Shown here: in pieces, positions 26,831 to 38,555 of the stretch
Layout of the letters: each line of letters begins with the position of its first letter
How positions within the stretch are numbered: position 1 is the first letter of the stretch
Notes under the pieces: model-generated
Database searches by the model: none
The model's input: only the letters and a program-made list of their open reading frames with translations
Told to the model about the DNA's origin: nothing
NCBI GenBank assembly: GCA_902569095.1
Contig: CACFSX010000001.1
Location: forward strand, 73,575-137,574
Length of the DNA stretch: 64,000 bases
Source of the DNA: an uncultured Alphaproteobacteria bacterium
GTDB taxonomy: Bacteria; Pseudomonadota; Alphaproteobacteria; Methylaequorales; Methylaequoraceae
Reading direction: 5' to 3'
Program-made: the position numbers and the translations under genes

Positions 26831-27226
26831 ATGGTAAATATTAACTTCATAGTTTTTACCCTTTGTTTTATTTTTACTTTTCTGAATAATGTTAAATCTA
26901 AAGATTATGATTCTAAAAGTTTCACATGTGCAGATGAAATTGGTCCCTTATTAAAATTTAAAATTCCAGATCTTGAGTTTAATAAACCAAAACAATTTAA
27001 TTTCAAAACTTTTAATAAAACTGCAAGAGAATCCTTTACTGTTAGAGATGGTATAATAAAAAAAGTTTCTAGCCCAATCGATAATACCTATTATTTTTAT
27101 CTAGCAAATACAACCTCGAAAAAAAAAGATATTTATGAAATTATTTTTGAATTTTATCCACCCTCGCATCTTCTAATTAAATATCTAAATTCTCAATACT
27201 CCGACCTCGTATGCTGGAATGATTAA
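26831..27226 (+). CDS. hypothetical exported protein
   Basis: 131 aa with a signal-like N-terminus. I recognise no family. Confidence 0.35.
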   Translation: MVNINFIVFTLCFIFTFLNNVKSKDYDSKSFTCADEIGPLLKFKIPDLEFNKPKQFNFKTFNKTARESFTVRDGIIKKVSSPIDNTYYFYLANTTSKKKDIYEIIFEFYPPSHLLIKYLNSQYSDLVCWND

Positions 27227-27241
27227 AAAAGCAAAAATTAA

Positions 27242-28162
27242 TCAACTAGGTTTTTGACTATTAAATTCTTTAAGTGCATCAATTAAAGAATCAATTCTTT
27301 TTTCCTTGATAAACATATGGAACTCTGACTTTTTCGTTGCAATTTCACTAACTGAACCATCCAATAAGACATCAAAAATTTTCCAAGTATTATTTTTTTC
27401 AGATAATAAATAATCGATACTTATTTTTTCTTCATTAATAATTAAATTACTTCTGATTAAAAATAACTTTGATGAAATTTCTTCTTTTTCTTCATTTTTA
27501 AAAGTAATTTTCTTAATTTTAGAGAATCGATTAACATAATTTTTTGAAATATATTTCTTAAAAACTTCAAGTAACTCCTTTTTTTTATCGCTTTTGAGTT
27601 CTTCCCAATCAGCTCCAATTATCATTTTAAGCATTTTTTCAACATCGTAGGTTTGGTTTACTAATTTTAAAACCTTCTTTAATTCGGAGTTATTATTGGA
27701 ATTAATTTTTTTTATTCCTTGATGTAAAAAATTAACTGCCATGACTGGTTCTTCAAATGTCTGAACTGAGTCAATCTCTTTTTGGTTTAAATTTAAAGTT
27801 GTTTTTGTTTTTTGGTTATAAATTTTATTTTTTACATTGTCGTCAGCACTTTTAGCATCTTTATTCGAGGCCCCATTTTTACTTGAACTTTGATATGCTG
27901 ATTGATTTTCGTTTGTTAATGGTTTTTCTTGATCTTTATTTAATAAAGCCGACTTTTCTTTTTTTTTATATTTAAGGGATTGATTTTCTAAAAATAAATC
28001 ATTTTTTGATTTAGGTTCTTTTTGATAGCTAGGTATATATTTTGATGTTTTAGAGTTATCATTAAAATTGAAATCGACATCAGAAAGCATTAATAAAATA
28101 ACTATTAAAAGAGTCAATCCAACAATATTGAATATTTTACTTTTCAAATTTATTTTTTTCAA
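27242..28162 (-). CDS. exported protein with a MlaC/Ttg2D-like C-terminal domain and a low-complexity N-terminal region
   Basis: 306 aa with an N-terminal anchor and a K/N/S-rich linker. The C-terminal pattern (MIIGADWEEL...FKKYISKNYVNRF...WKIFDVLLDGSVSEIATKKSEF) resembles phospholipid-binding MlaC proteins. Confidence 0.4.
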   Translation of the reverse strand: MKKINLKSKIFNIVGLTLLIVILLMLSDVDFNFNDNSKTSKYIPSYQKEPKSKNDLFLENQSLKYKKKEKSALLNKDQEKPLTNENQSAYQSSSKNGASNKDAKSADDNVKNKIYNQKTKTTLNLNQKEIDSVQTFEEPVMAVNFLHQGIKKINSNNNSELKKVLKLVNQTYDVEKMLKMIIGADWEELKSDKKKELLEVFKKYISKNYVNRFSKIKKITFKNEEKEEISSKLFLIRSNLIINEEKISIDYLLSEKNNTWKIFDVLLDGSVSEIATKKSEFHMFIKEKRIDSLIDALKEFNSQKPS

Positions 28163-28282
28163 ATCTATTTCTTTTTTATTTTTATCATTGATTTTTCATC
28201 CATATCGAAACGATATTTTTTTTTAACATATTAAATTCAGCGATATTATACTTTTTTCCGTTTTATATTATTATTTATAGTA

Positions 28283-28927
28283 TTGTATTTTATAATGATC
28301 AAAAACCATTTAGAAAAAACCAGATTTTGGCAAGTCAAATATAAGCAAAACGACTATAATCCTAAATTAATCTTTAAGGATTCAAAATCCAAGAAAGATA
28401 TTCTTTTTTCACTGAGTTTTTTCTTGGTTATGATGGCAATCGAGATTTTATTTAATCAACCTTTCCAAAAAAAAATAAAAATAATACATAATAATTTTTA
28501 TAAAAAGATTTTTTCAAAAAAATTTGAAAAATTAGAAAGAATTGAAGTTAATTCTTTTGCTTTTAGCTTTTTCTTAATCCTTCAAAAATTATTTGAAGAA
28601 GAAGAGAAATTTAAATCGTACTCTCAGGATCTTATTCAAAATACTGTTTATCATTGGTCATATATTGAAAAAGTAGAAAAAGATTTCTTAAATCGTTACA
28701 ACTCTATAAAGAATCTTTGGGCTAAAAATAGTGAGCTGGTTCTATCGAGAACTTATAATTCAAGAATTGATCTAATTTTTTTATTATATAAAAGTTTTGA
28801 ATTAGGGATAAGTAACAAATCTATAATAAAAAAAAATATTTCAGTATTAATTTTTTCAGTTAGCAAAGCCCAAAAAGAGTTCAGATATGATGTTTTAGAC
28901 GAAATAAGAAAAAGAAGAATTTTATGA
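28283..28927 (+). CDS. hypothetical protein
   Basis: 214 aa with one or two hydrophobic segments. Translationally coupled (ATGA) to the following TVP38-like gene. I recognise no family. Confidence 0.35.
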   Translation: MYFIMIKNHLEKTRFWQVKYKQNDYNPKLIFKDSKSKKDILFSLSFFLVMMAIEILFNQPFQKKIKIIHNNFYKKIFSKKFEKLERIEVNSFAFSFFLILQKLFEEEEKFKSYSQDLIQNTVYHWSYIEKVEKDFLNRYNSIKNLWAKNSELVLSRTYNSRIDLIFLLYKSFELGISNKSIIKKNISVLIFSVSKAQKEFRYDVLDEIRKRRIL

Positions 28928-29652
28928 AGATTAACTTTGTACATTTATTTTCTAAAATGAAAAAGAAATATTTATTTATCTTTTTTTTTTCTTCTGTAAT
29001 TTTATTTTTATTTGTTTTTTTTAACAAGGATCAACTGCAGCTTTTCAATATACAAAATTTTTTGATTTATTACCAAAAATATAAATTTTATATCGATGAA
29101 AATAAATTACTTTTTGCAACTATTTATCTTTTTTTTTCAATTTTATGGATCTGTTTACTAGGAATAATGATTCCAATGCTAATACTAGCGACTTTGATGT
29201 TTGAATATTTGGGAATAGTTCTTTCAATAATATCATTTAGTATCGGCTCTACAATTTCATATATATTTGCTAAAAAATTTAAAAATTTAATAAGTAAAAA
29301 AATTGATTACGTTACTGTAAAAAAAAACTCTTTTTTTCTTTATATTATCTTTAGATTTATTCCAGGAATTCCGTATATTTTAAAAAATATTTCAGGTATT
29401 TTTTTCAAACTTAGGAATAGAGATTTTTTTGCTGCTACCATTATTTCAGATACACCTCAAATATTTTTGATTGTTTTTTTAATTAAAAAGCTTGTCGATT
29501 CAACAGAAATATTTAATAAAAATTTTGATATACTACTAATTTCTAAAGAATTATTTTTGCCAATTTTTTTAATTGTCTTGTTTTTAATTTTTGTTTTTTT
29601 AATAAAAGTAAAATTTTCAAAAAATTTTATAAAAAATAATTCTTCTTTTTGA
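28924..29652 (+). CDS. TVP38/TMEM64 (DedA-related) family membrane protein
   Basis: 242 aa polytopic protein with an RFIPGIPYILKNISG motif. Confidence 0.55.
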   Translation: MKINFVHLFSKMKKKYLFIFFFSSVILFLFVFFNKDQLQLFNIQNFLIYYQKYKFYIDENKLLFATIYLFFSILWICLLGIMIPMLILATLMFEYLGIVLSIISFSIGSTISYIFAKKFKNLISKKIDYVTVKKNSFFLYIIFRFIPGIPYILKNISGIFFKLRNRDFFAATIISDTPQIFLIVFLIKKLVDSTEIFNKNFDILLISKELFLPIFLIVLFLIFVFLIKVKFSKNFIKNNSSF

Positions 29653-29686
29653 TTAAATCGTACTATATTGTATTTAGGAGATTAGT

Positions 29687-29821
29687 ATGAATAATAAAAA
29701 TGAATGTGGATGTGGAAGATCACCCACTGGCTTCTGTATAGGTTGGCATAATCTGTCAGAAACTGATTATAGAGCTAAGTTAGCGCTGTATGAAGCACGA
29801 CAAAAAACAAAAAAAAGTTAA
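29687..29821 (+). CDS. 44-aa Cys/His-rich peptide with a CDGSH-like motif (not in the ORF track)
   Basis: AGGAG at 29676-29680, 6 nt before the ATG. Translation is MNNKNECGCGRSPTGFCIGWHNLSETDYRAKLALYEARQKTKKS*. Confidence 0.5.
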   Translation: MNNKNECGCGRSPTGFCIGWHNLSETDYRAKLALYEARQKTKKS

Positions 29822-29826
29822 TCAAA

Positions 29827-30570
29827 TTATAAAAACTTAAAGTTTCTTAAGTGCTTCCATAATCTTTTAAAACCAGTTGGGGCATTGGTTTTTCTTCTTT
29901 TAGGCCATTTCCTGGTTGGATCAAAAATGCTTTGGTTAGAACCAATATGCTCTACAGCATATTCTTCTAGAATTACAGTGTAATAACCAAGCTTTTTGTA
30001 AGTAACCCCGATGTCCAACTCATTTTTGTATTTTTCATATCCACCTATCAATTTGTAGTCTTTCATTCTTTTTACACCCGGATTAAATGAGAAGTACCCC
30101 CATTCCCAACCCTCTTTACAATACACTTCTCTAAACTGAATTCCCTTATGCTTTTTTAAGGGTCCATAACTAAATATGTCAAAACTACTTGTACTTTTTT
30201 GATTTATGAGCCAGACTTGAATTATTTTCTCGTCATATTCGAGAACTTTTAATGAATCTTGAATGAAATTTTTTCGTTTATATACCCAATCATCTTCACA
30301 GTGAAAAATATAGGGCGTATTTATTAGCTTATAAGCGTCAACAATTGATTTTATTTGACCTTTTTTCTTTTTATTGAAAAGGATTTTAAGCCTTTTTCCC
30401 CATCGATGTCTTATTTTTGCATAAACATGAGGATCTGCAGAGTCTTCTGTTAAATAGAGTGCCTCTAATGGGAAATTATTAAATTCAAAAAAACTTTCTA
30501 ATGTTCTGTTTAATAAATCGAGTCTTCCACAGCTAGTAAGTAAAAGCGACATTTTTTCATTCATTGTCAA
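29827..30570 (-). CDS. glycosyltransferase-like protein (GT-A/GT2-like fold)
   Basis: 247 aa. N-terminal LLLTSCGRLDLLNRTLESF and a HCEDDW (DxD-like) motif. Confidence 0.5.
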   Translation of the reverse strand: MTMNEKMSLLLTSCGRLDLLNRTLESFFEFNNFPLEALYLTEDSADPHVYAKIRHRWGKRLKILFNKKKKGQIKSIVDAYKLINTPYIFHCEDDWVYKRKNFIQDSLKVLEYDEKIIQVWLINQKSTSSFDIFSYGPLKKHKGIQFREVYCKEGWEWGYFSFNPGVKRMKDYKLIGGYEKYKNELDIGVTYKKLGYYTVILEEYAVEHIGSNQSIFDPTRKWPKRRKTNAPTGFKRLWKHLRNFKFL

Positions 30571-30616
30571 CTAGGCCTAGAGTCTGCTTTTTTTGAAGTA
30601 AAATATCTATCTTTCC

Positions 30617-32062
30617 TCAAAAAGGCAGTGTTGTGCTTCCCATCAAAAATTTGTCAACATTATGGGCTACCTGTCTTCCTTCTTTTATTGCCCAAACAAC
30701 TAAAGATTGACCTCTTCGCATATCTCCAGAAACAAAAACTTTCTTTATATTTGTTTTATAATCAAGATCATTTGCTTCAACGTTACCTCTTGAGTCAAGT
30801 TTAATCCCTGAATCTTTAATTAATCTATCTTTGACTGGATGCACAAAACCCATAGCTAATAAAACTAAATCAGCTTTCAATTCAACTTCAGATTCTTTCT
30901 CTTGACTGTCTTTAATGACCATTTGTCCTTCCTCATTTTTTTTCCATTCAACTTTTTTCAGAGTCAAACTCTCTACATTTTTCTGACCATTAAAAAGCTT
31001 TGTTGAAACACTCCAATTTCTATTTGCACCTTCTTCGTGTGATGATGAAGTTCTTAACTTTAAAGGCCAGTTTGGCCAGGTTAACATCTTATTTTCTTTA
31101 GCTGGAGGTTTTTCTAAAATTTCAAGTTGGGTTACTGATTTTGCGCCTTGACGATTTGATGTTCCAATGCAGTCCGACCCAGTGTCACCTCCACCGATAA
31201 CAATAACGTTTTTGTTCTTAGCGGAGAACTCTGGTTCTATCTCAATTTTGTCTCCTTCACAAATTTTATTTTGACGAGTTAGGAAGTCCATTGCAAAGTG
31301 AATTCCTTTTAAATCTCTTCCAGGAATTTTCAAGTCTCTTGGTTGTTCAGAACCACAAGCCAAAACTATAGCATCAAAATCTTTGAGTAATCTATTCATA
31401 GATATATCCTCTCCTATTTTGACATTACATTCGAATGAAACTCCTTCAAGCTTCATCTGCTCAATTCTATTATCAATTAGATGTTTTTCCATTTTAAAAT
31501 TAGGAATTCCATATCTTAACAACCCACCTATTCTGTCATTTTTTTCAAATAATTTAACATCATGTCCAGCCCTTGCGAGCTGCTGTGAACAAGCAAGACC
31601 AGCTGGGCCAGAACCAATAACTGCAATTTTTTTGTTAGTTTTTTTGTTATTAATTACTGGAAGTATCCACCCGTTTTCGTAAGCTTTATCAATGATGGAT
31701 CTTTCGATACTTTTAATTGTTACAGGACTGTCCTCTATGTTGAGTGTGCATGCTGCCTCGCAAGGAGCAGGACATATTCTACTTGTAAATTCTGGAAAAT
31801 TGTTAGTTGAATGAAGAACATCTAGTGCTATTTTCCAATCCTTTTCATAAACAAGATTATTCCATTCTGGAATAATGTTGTTAATTGGACACGAGTCGTG
31901 GCAGTAAGGAATTCCGCAGTCCATACAACGAGATGCTTGCTCGTTTAATGTTTTTTCAGGAAATGGAAGTACAAACTCATCAAAATTTTTCAACCGAGAT
32001 TTTGGAGCTATCGATTCGCTTTCAGCTCTATCGTGTTCTAGAAATCCTGTTACTTTTGCCAT
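30617..32062 (-). CDS. gltD: glutamate synthase (NADPH) small subunit
   Basis: 481 aa. N-terminal Fe-S cysteine clusters ([19 protein letters not shown]) and [11 protein letters not shown]. Confidence 0.92.
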   Translation of the reverse strand: MAKVTGFLEHDRAESESIAPKSRLKNFDEFVLPFPEKTLNEQASRCMDCGIPYCHDSCPINNIIPEWNNLVYEKDWKIALDVLHSTNNFPEFTSRICPAPCEAACTLNIEDSPVTIKSIERSIIDKAYENGWILPVINNKKTNKKIAVIGSGPAGLACSQQLARAGHDVKLFEKNDRIGGLLRYGIPNFKMEKHLIDNRIEQMKLEGVSFECNVKIGEDISMNRLLKDFDAIVLACGSEQPRDLKIPGRDLKGIHFAMDFLTRQNKICEGDKIEIEPEFSAKNKNVIVIGGGDTGSDCIGTSNRQGAKSVTQLEILEKPPAKENKMLTWPNWPLKLRTSSSHEEGANRNWSVSTKLFNGQKNVESLTLKKVEWKKNEEGQMVIKDSQEKESEVELKADLVLLAMGFVHPVKDRLIKDSGIKLDSRGNVEANDLDYKTNIKKVFVSGDMRRGQSLVVWAIKEGRQVAHNVDKFLMGSTTLPF

Positions 32063-35000
32063 AAATTTACTACCTTGGAATCTGTTTCTTTGCTAATTCT
32101 TTCTAATAAAACATTTTCAAAATCTGTAGGAAGAATCTTTACGAAATTCTGGAGTTCGTTTTCAAAATTATCTAGTATTGATTCTGCAACTGATGAACCA
32201 GTATAATTAAGGTGTTTTTTTAGCATTTCTTTTATCCTTAATTCATCATTAAATAGAAAATTATACTTGTCAAAAAGTTTTTCAGGTAAAATGTGTTTGC
32301 TTTTCTTGACGCCTAAGATGTTTACCATAGACATGTTACATTTATTTTTAAAATCCTTCTCTTTTTGATAGACATAGGCAATACCACCGCTCATACCAGC
32401 ACCAAAATTTACACCTGTATTTCCAAGCACCATAATCACACCACCTGTCATGTATTCACAGCAATGATCACCAGTACCCTCAACAACAGCTATAGCTCCA
32501 GAATTTCTAACTGCAAACCTTTCACCAGCCATTCCTGAAAAATAACATTCACCCGAAATTGCTCCGTACAAAACTGTATTACCAACTATAATATTCTTTT
32601 CTGGCTTATAGGTTGAGTCTTTGAATGGTCTGATTATTATTTTACCGCCAGAAAGACCTTTGCCCACGTAATCGTTTCCCTCACCAGACAAGGAAATTGT
32701 AATACCTGAAGATAAGAATGTTCCTAAACTTTGTCCTGCAGTTCCTTCAAGATTAATAACTATTGAATCTTCTCTGAGTCCTTTGTGACCGAATTTTTTA
32801 GCAATGACACCTGAGAGCATGGCTCCAAGACTTCTGTCGGTATTCTTAACTAACTTATTTATGGTAATGGTTGAAACCTTTTTTTCAATTACTGGGCTAC
32901 TTTCATGTATAAGTTTTACGTCTAATACTTCATCCAGATCGTGATTCTGCTCTGATGAATTAAACACCTCGACTCTACTCTCGAATTCTGGTTTGTATAA
33001 GATCTTGGATAGATCAATGTTTTTAGCTTTCCAATGCTCAATAGCTTTATTTTTAGTCATAAGCTCTGATCTACCAATAATGTCCTCGAATTTTTCAATT
33101 CCTAGTTCAGACAAAATTTCTCTTACCTCCTCTGCAACGAGGAAAAAATAGTTTATGACATGCTCTGGCGTACCTTGAAATTTCTTCCTTAATAATTCAT
33201 TTTGAGTTGCTATACCTACAGGACATGTATTTAAATGACATTTTCTCATCATTATACATCCTACTGAAACCAGAGGAGCAGTAGAAAATCCAAATTCGTC
33301 AGCTCCCAGCAATGCACCGACAACAACATCCCTGCCTGTTTTTAAACCGCCATCAACTTGAAGAGAAATTCTGTTTCTTAATTTATTCATTACAAGAGTC
33401 TGATGCGTTTCTGCCAAACCAAGTTCCCATGGTGTTCCAGCGTTTTTAATTGATGTAAGAGGAGATGCACCAGTTCCTCCGTCATATCCAGCGATTGTTA
33501 TGTGGTCAGCTTTACATTTAGTAACCCCAGCAGCAACAACTCCAACTCCAAATTCGGACACTAATTTAACACTAATTCTAGCTTGTTGATTTACATTTTT
33601 AAGGTCGTAAATTAACTGTGCCAAGTCCTCTATGGAATAGATGTCGTGGTGGGGAGGTGGAGAGATCAAACCAACGCCTGGTGTTGAGTGTCTAACGCTT
33701 GCTATCTTATCATCTACTTTATGACCTGGAAGTTGTCCACCTTCACCTGGCTTTGCTCCCTGGCTAATTTTTATCTGAATATCTTTAGCATTTACTAAAT
33801 ATTCTGTTGTAACTCCAAACCTTCCTGAAGCTACTTGCTTAATAGCGCTTTTCATTGAATCACCATTTTTGAGTGTTTTAAATCGTTCTGGTTCCTCTCC
33901 ACCCTCTCCAGTATTTGATTTACCTCCAATTCTATTCATTGCTAATGCTAGAGTAGTGTGGGCTTCTCGTGAAATTGATCCATATGACATTGCACCTGTA
34001 GAAAATCTTTTGACAATTTCGGATGCCGGTTCAACATTTTTTAATGGTATTGGTCGGCGCTTTTCAAACTCAAACAGGCTTCTGATTGTATACATCGATT
34101 TATTGTGATCATTAATTTTATCAGAGAACTCTTTAAATGATTCTTTAGAATTTATTCTTACTGCCTTTTGAAGATTGGTAACAGTTTTTGGTGACCAAGC
34201 ATGTTTTTCTCCTCTTATTCTAAAAGCATATTCACCTCCTACATCCAAGTTCGTAGTTTCTTTATTTATTAAAGATGATTGTGAATATCTGTTTATTGTC
34301 TCTTCTTTTATTTGTCGGAGAGTCAACCCACCAATTAAGGTGGCAGTACCTGGAAAATATTTATCAATCACATCTTCTGAGATTCCAACGGCGTCAAAAA
34401 TTTGAGCTCCACAATATGATTTAAGAGTAGATATTCCCATTTTTGACATTATTTTCTGAATCGCTTTGCCGGATGCTTTTATAAAATTGTTCTCGGATGC
34501 ATTGTAGTTTTTGTCGCCTACTAAGTTGTGTATAGTATCAAAAACTAAGTAAGGGTTTATGGCCTCAGCTCCATATCCAAATAAAACTGCGAAGTGATGA
34601 AGCTCTCTAGCTTCCCCAGTTTCGATTACCAAACTTGTCTTCATTCGCAACCCTTCCTTTATTAAGTAATGGTGGATTGAAGAAACGGCTAATAAAGACG
34701 GAATTGGAGCATTTACATTGGAAACATTTCTATCAGAAAGAATTAAAATATTCGACCCGTCTAGAATTTGCGATTTAGCCTCAAAACAGATTCTCTCAAG
34801 TGCATCTCTTAATTCAATTTCTTTGGTTGAGTTTTTAAACAAAATATCTATGACAGAAGCTTTAAGTTTTCCTTTAGTGTTATTTTCAATATTCTTGATT
34901 TTAGAAATTTCTTTGTTGGTTAAAATAGGTTGACTTAACTCTAGTCTTGCATTTGTATTCTGCTCCGGTGAATCAAAAATATTTGGTTTTTCTCCAAGTG

Positions 35001-36615
35001 TCATATCAAGAGACATAACAAGTTCTTCTCGAATAGGATCGATTGGTGGGTTGGTGACTTGTGCAAAACATTGCTTAAAGTAAGAAAATAGAAGTTTTGG
35101 TTTGTCTGAAAGAAGAGATATTGGAGTATCTGTACCCATTGAACCTATTGGTTCAATACCGAGTTTTAGAATAGGCTCTATAAAAAAATTGATGTCCTCT
35201 TTTGTATAACCAAAACAAAATTGCATTTTTCTCAAAGTATCTTCTTCTAATAAAGTGGTTTCATCTCCAGTTTCCAGGTCATCAAGAAAAATCTGTGATT
35301 TATCTAGTGACTTTCTGTAGTCATATTTTGCTGATAATTTAGATTTTATCTCTTCGTTATCAATAACTCTTTTTTCAATTAAATCTATAAGAAATATCTT
35401 TCCAGGCTCGAGTCTCCATCTTTTAACAACTGTTTTAGGGTCAATATCCAAAACTCCCATTTCAGATGAAAGAAGGATCATACCATCTTCAGTTTGAACG
35501 TATCTTGACGGTCTTAAACCATTTCTATCAAGAATAGCCCCAATTTTCTTCCCATTGGTAAAACACATAGCTGCCGGTCCGTCCCACGGTTCTATATAAT
35601 TAGAATAATATTCGTAATAATCTTTCATAGAAGAATTCTGAATATTTTTTTCCCAGGCCTCTGGTATTAACAGCATCATTGCGTGTTCGATGCTATAGCC
35701 TCCCATCATTAAAAATTCAAGAGCATTATCAAAGGCAGCAGAATCTGACAAACCATCAAAAATTAATGGATTTAAATTTTGAAACTCTTTTAAAAAAAAG
35801 TCAGAATTTGAAACTGAAGCTCTTGCGTTCATCCAATTTGCATTGCCTCTCAATGTGTTGATTTCACCATTGTGACACAAGAATCTGAAAGGTTGAGCCA
35901 ACTCCCAACTTGGGAATGTATTAGTTGAAAACCTTTGATGAACAATGGCAAGTGAGGAAATAAACATTTCGTCTTTTAGGTCAAGATAGTAGTCCTTGAG
36001 ACTGTCAGACATAATCATTCCTTTGTAGACAATAACTCTACTTGACAATGAAGAGATGTAGAAATCAAATGATTTCAGTTCAATCTCTATTCTTCTTCTT
36101 GCAATAAAAAGTCTCTGTTCAAACTCATTAATTTTGCTAGCTTGAAATTTTTGCTTTATAAATATCTGAATGACTGATGGCTCATTACCTTTTATTGACT
36201 CACCAAGAACTTCGTTATTTCTCGGGACCTCTCTGATAAAAAGATTTTCAAGCTTCAGTTTCGTGAGATACTTATCTATTACATTGATGCAGTGTTGTTT
36301 TTCTTCTTGATCTCGTGGTAAAAAAAACATGCCAATTGCATAATCATCTGGTCTAGGAAGGATTACATTTTTCTTTGATAGTTCGCCTTGAAAAAATTGA
36401 TGAGGTATCTGAACTAAAATCCCTACACCATCTCCGGCTTTTGGGTCTGCACTAACTGCACCTCGATGAGTCAGATTACCTAGAACCTTTAAAGCATTAT
36501 CTACTATCTTTCTAGAGGGGATATCATAAATATTAGCGACAAAGCCAATTCCACACGAATCTTTTTCATTTTTTGGGTCATAAAGACCTTTTTTGGATCT
36601 TTTAAACATTCTCAT
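32050..36615 (-). CDS. gltB: glutamate synthase (NADPH) large subunit
   Basis: 1521 aa. N-terminal Cys amidotransferase (DSCGIGF), an FMN/3Fe-4S domain and a C-terminal GXGXG domain. Confidence 0.95.
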   Translation of the reverse strand: MRMFKRSKKGLYDPKNEKDSCGIGFVANIYDIPSRKIVDNALKVLGNLTHRGAVSADPKAGDGVGILVQIPHQFFQGELSKKNVILPRPDDYAIGMFFLPRDQEEKQHCINVIDKYLTKLKLENLFIREVPRNNEVLGESIKGNEPSVIQIFIKQKFQASKINEFEQRLFIARRRIEIELKSFDFYISSLSSRVIVYKGMIMSDSLKDYYLDLKDEMFISSLAIVHQRFSTNTFPSWELAQPFRFLCHNGEINTLRGNANWMNARASVSNSDFFLKEFQNLNPLIFDGLSDSAAFDNALEFLMMGGYSIEHAMMLLIPEAWEKNIQNSSMKDYYEYYSNYIEPWDGPAAMCFTNGKKIGAILDRNGLRPSRYVQTEDGMILLSSEMGVLDIDPKTVVKRWRLEPGKIFLIDLIEKRVIDNEEIKSKLSAKYDYRKSLDKSQIFLDDLETGDETTLLEEDTLRKMQFCFGYTKEDINFFIEPILKLGIEPIGSMGTDTPISLLSDKPKLLFSYFKQCFAQVTNPPIDPIREELVMSLDMTLGEKPNIFDSPEQNTNARLELSQPILTNKEISKIKNIENNTKGKLKASVIDILFKNSTKEIELRDALERICFEAKSQILDGSNILILSDRNVSNVNAPIPSLLAVSSIHHYLIKEGLRMKTSLVIETGEARELHHFAVLFGYGAEAINPYLVFDTIHNLVGDKNYNASENNFIKASGKAIQKIMSKMGISTLKSYCGAQIFDAVGISEDVIDKYFPGTATLIGGLTLRQIKEETINRYSQSSLINKETTNLDVGGEYAFRIRGEKHAWSPKTVTNLQKAVRINSKESFKEFSDKINDHNKSMYTIRSLFEFEKRRPIPLKNVEPASEIVKRFSTGAMSYGSISREAHTTLALAMNRIGGKSNTGEGGEEPERFKTLKNGDSMKSAIKQVASGRFGVTTEYLVNAKDIQIKISQGAKPGEGGQLPGHKVDDKIASVRHSTPGVGLISPPPHHDIYSIEDLAQLIYDLKNVNQQARISVKLVSEFGVGVVAAGVTKCKADHITIAGYDGGTGASPLTSIKNAGTPWELGLAETHQTLVMNKLRNRISLQVDGGLKTGRDVVVGALLGADEFGFSTAPLVSVGCIMMRKCHLNTCPVGIATQNELLRKKFQGTPEHVINYFFLVAEEVREILSELGIEKFEDIIGRSELMTKNKAIEHWKAKNIDLSKILYKPEFESRVEVFNSSEQNHDLDEVLDVKLIHESSPVIEKKVSTITINKLVKNTDRSLGAMLSGVIAKKFGHKGLREDSIVINLEGTAGQSLGTFLSSGITISLSGEGNDYVGKGLSGGKIIIRPFKDSTYKPEKNIIVGNTVLYGAISGECYFSGMAGERFAVRNSGAIAVVEGTGDHCCEYMTGGVIMVLGNTGVNFGAGMSGGIAYVYQKEKDFKNKCNMSMVNILGVKKSKHILPEKLFDKYNFLFNDELRIKEMLKKHLNYTGSSVAESILDNFENELQNFVKILPTDFENVLLERISKETDSKVVNLWQK

Positions 36616-36657
36616 TATAATTAATCACATGCACTGATATTATTATAATATAGTTAT

Positions 36658-37329
36658 TCAATCATTTATTAACATATTTTTTTCGTAAAAGATTTTACCC
36701 ATTGTTTCTGAATCGGATTTTTCTTCCCTGATGTACTTTACAAGACCATAATCTTTAGCAAACCAAGAAGTCGAAAAAACTTCAATATTAATGACATCCA
36801 GTGGAGGTCCGGGATTGTAACTGGTTATACCGTAACCTGAAATCTTTATGCAATTTTTAATTTTTTTTCCGTCAATTGAAACTGTTTCATTAATGCTTTC
36901 AATTTTGTTAGTTAATTTAAAAGGCAGATTTGTATCGTATATCCGGTCATAGCCTAATTTCATCTGCAGGCTGGTTTTGTCATTTGTTTTCCATTGAGTG
37001 TTCTTAACAATTGGAAAAGCTATAAGTAGCTGTCTATCCTCATTCTCATTCGTAGAAAAAAAATCGGTAGTGGTTTTTTTAAAAATTCCCTCATCCTCAA
37101 AAACATAGAAAGTTATTTCTCCATCATTTTTCAGAACTGGTATTGCATTATTTACTTTTGGCAGAAAATAAAAACTCTGTCTGTAAGATTTTTTTGTTTT
37201 TTCTTTGTCTTCAAAAAAAACATCATAAAAAATTTTTTTACCCTCATTGTGTGGAAAGTAATTAGAGTCTAAATTACATGAGGTTATGAGTATGACAAAA
37301 ATTAGTTTGGCTGAAATTTTAAAGGGCAT
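36658..37329 (-). CDS. hypothetical lipoprotein
   Basis: 223 aa with signal peptide and lipobox LITS|C. Confidence 0.45.
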   Translation of the reverse strand: MPFKISAKLIFVILITSCNLDSNYFPHNEGKKIFYDVFFEDKEKTKKSYRQSFYFLPKVNNAIPVLKNDGEITFYVFEDEGIFKKTTTDFFSTNENEDRQLLIAFPIVKNTQWKTNDKTSLQMKLGYDRIYDTNLPFKLTNKIESINETVSIDGKKIKNCIKISGYGITSYNPGPPLDVINIEVFSTSWFAKDYGLVKYIREEKSDSETMGKIFYEKNMLIND

Positions 37330-37335
37330 TTTTTA

Positions 37336-37944
37336 TTAAAACTTTTCTTCATTAACAAGTGGTGAAAGACCTAGTTGGAACTCCAAAGCGTTACATAACA
37401 TTTGACCTATTAATATGTGCGCTTCTTGTATCCTTGAAGTGTTCTTTGCGGGAATAGATATAATTTCATCTGTTATTTTTTCAATCTTTTTTATATTTCT
37501 TCCCGTAAAAGCCACTGATTTCATTTTATTATTTTTGGCATATTGAAGACCTTCCAATACATTCTGACTTTTGCCAGAAGTTGTTATTCCAATAGCAACA
37601 TCTCCAACTTGTCCTATTGCTTCAAGTTGTCTAGAAAAAATATATTTAAATCCATAATCGTTGCCAATGGCAGATATTGCGGATGTATCCGTTACTAAAG
37701 ATATAGCTGGAATGGACTTTCTATTTTCACAGAATCTAACAGTCAATTCTGTTGACAGATGTTGTGCGTCTGAGGCACTTCCTCCGTTTCCAAAAAAAAT
37801 AATTTTTTTTCCATTTTTCACAGACTTAACACAAATATTTACAAGATTTAAGAAATTTCTCTCAACACTTAACTTTGTTTTTTTTATAATCAACTCGTGT
37901 TCATTAATCTGTGATAGAAAAAAATTTTTAATTTCATGCTTCAT
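37336..37944 (-). CDS. gmhA: SIS-domain phosphoheptose isomerase (GmhA/DiaA-like)
   Basis: 202 aa. FGNGGSASDAQH and TTSGKSQNV motifs. Confidence 0.7.
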   Translation of the reverse strand: MKHEIKNFFLSQINEHELIIKKTKLSVERNFLNLVNICVKSVKNGKKIIFFGNGGSASDAQHLSTELTVRFCENRKSIPAISLVTDTSAISAIGNDYGFKYIFSRQLEAIGQVGDVAIGITTSGKSQNVLEGLQYAKNNKMKSVAFTGRNIKKIEKITDEIISIPAKNTSRIQEAHILIGQMLCNALEFQLGLSPLVNEEKF

Positions 37945-37954
37945 TTATCTTTAT

Positions 37955-38030
37955 TGGTGATCTTATCTGGACTCGAACCAGAAATTAATCCTTAGGAGGG
38001 ATTTGTTATATCCAGTTTAACTATAAGACC
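37955..38030 (-). tRNA. tRNA-Arg (anticodon CCU)
   Basis: The reverse complement folds as acceptor ggtctta/taagatc, anticodon arm aatcc-ctCCTaa-ggatt and T arm tctgg-ttcgagt-ccaga, with discriminator A and encoded CCA. Confidence 0.85.
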
Positions 38031-38034
38031 ACTT

Positions 38035-38553
38035 TCACCTTCCCATAGGAATTTGATATTTCAAAACTAAAGTCTCTGAGCCTGGATTCTTTTTCCCACT
38101 ATCAGCATTTGAAATATGAAAAATACCAACCCCTATTCGCGCATTATTTTTAAATCTGTAGAACATATCTATTCCAATATAAAACTCTAGAGGATTCCCA
38201 GCCTTTATTTCTTTTCCATCTTTATAATACCCACAAGCTAAACTGGGAGTTACAACAAAATTCTTTTTTTTTCCATAATAACCATCTATTCCAAATCCTC
38301 CATATGCGTAATATGCATTTTCATTGGTTCCTAAAAATCCAGCAAAAGGCTTAATTAAATTAAACATTTTTCTTCCACTATGAAGTTCTAAATTTATCAT
38401 ACCAGATTGGTCGTTATGGGGCGGAGAGCCGTCTTCCATGTAATTAAAAATACCCAAACCAACTGAAAATCTAGATGAGTCCTTTGCCCATAAATTTGAT
38501 GAAATCATAATAATTATAAAAGAAATTATGTAAATTGGTTTGAAATTTTTCAT
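38035..38553 (-). CDS. PagL-like lipid A deacylase / acyloxyacyl hydrolase family outer-membrane protein (paralog 1)
   Basis: 172 aa with a signal peptide. GIFHISNADSGKKNPGSE contains the family His-x-Ser motif. Ends 4 nt from tRNA-Arg. Confidence 0.6.
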   Translation of the reverse strand: MKNFKPIYIISFIIIMISSNLWAKDSSRFSVGLGIFNYMEDGSPPHNDQSGMINLELHSGRKMFNLIKPFAGFLGTNENAYYAYGGFGIDGYYGKKKNFVVTPSLACGYYKDGKEIKAGNPLEFYIGIDMFYRFKNNARIGVGIFHISNADSGKKNPGSETLVLKYQIPMGR

Positions 38554-38555
38554 AA

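Noticed and set aside
32050-36615. Several 60-160-aa ORFs antisense to long genes. These lie within gltB (33869, 34175, 34718, 35679), gltD (31383), etfB (4961), mcd (7208, 7892), ccr, argG (59427), pabC (52863), fdxA (41120) and the FAD oxidoreductase (54952).
   Set aside because: All are nested antisense inside confidently identified conserved genes and have no motifs of their own. They are typical shadow ORFs.
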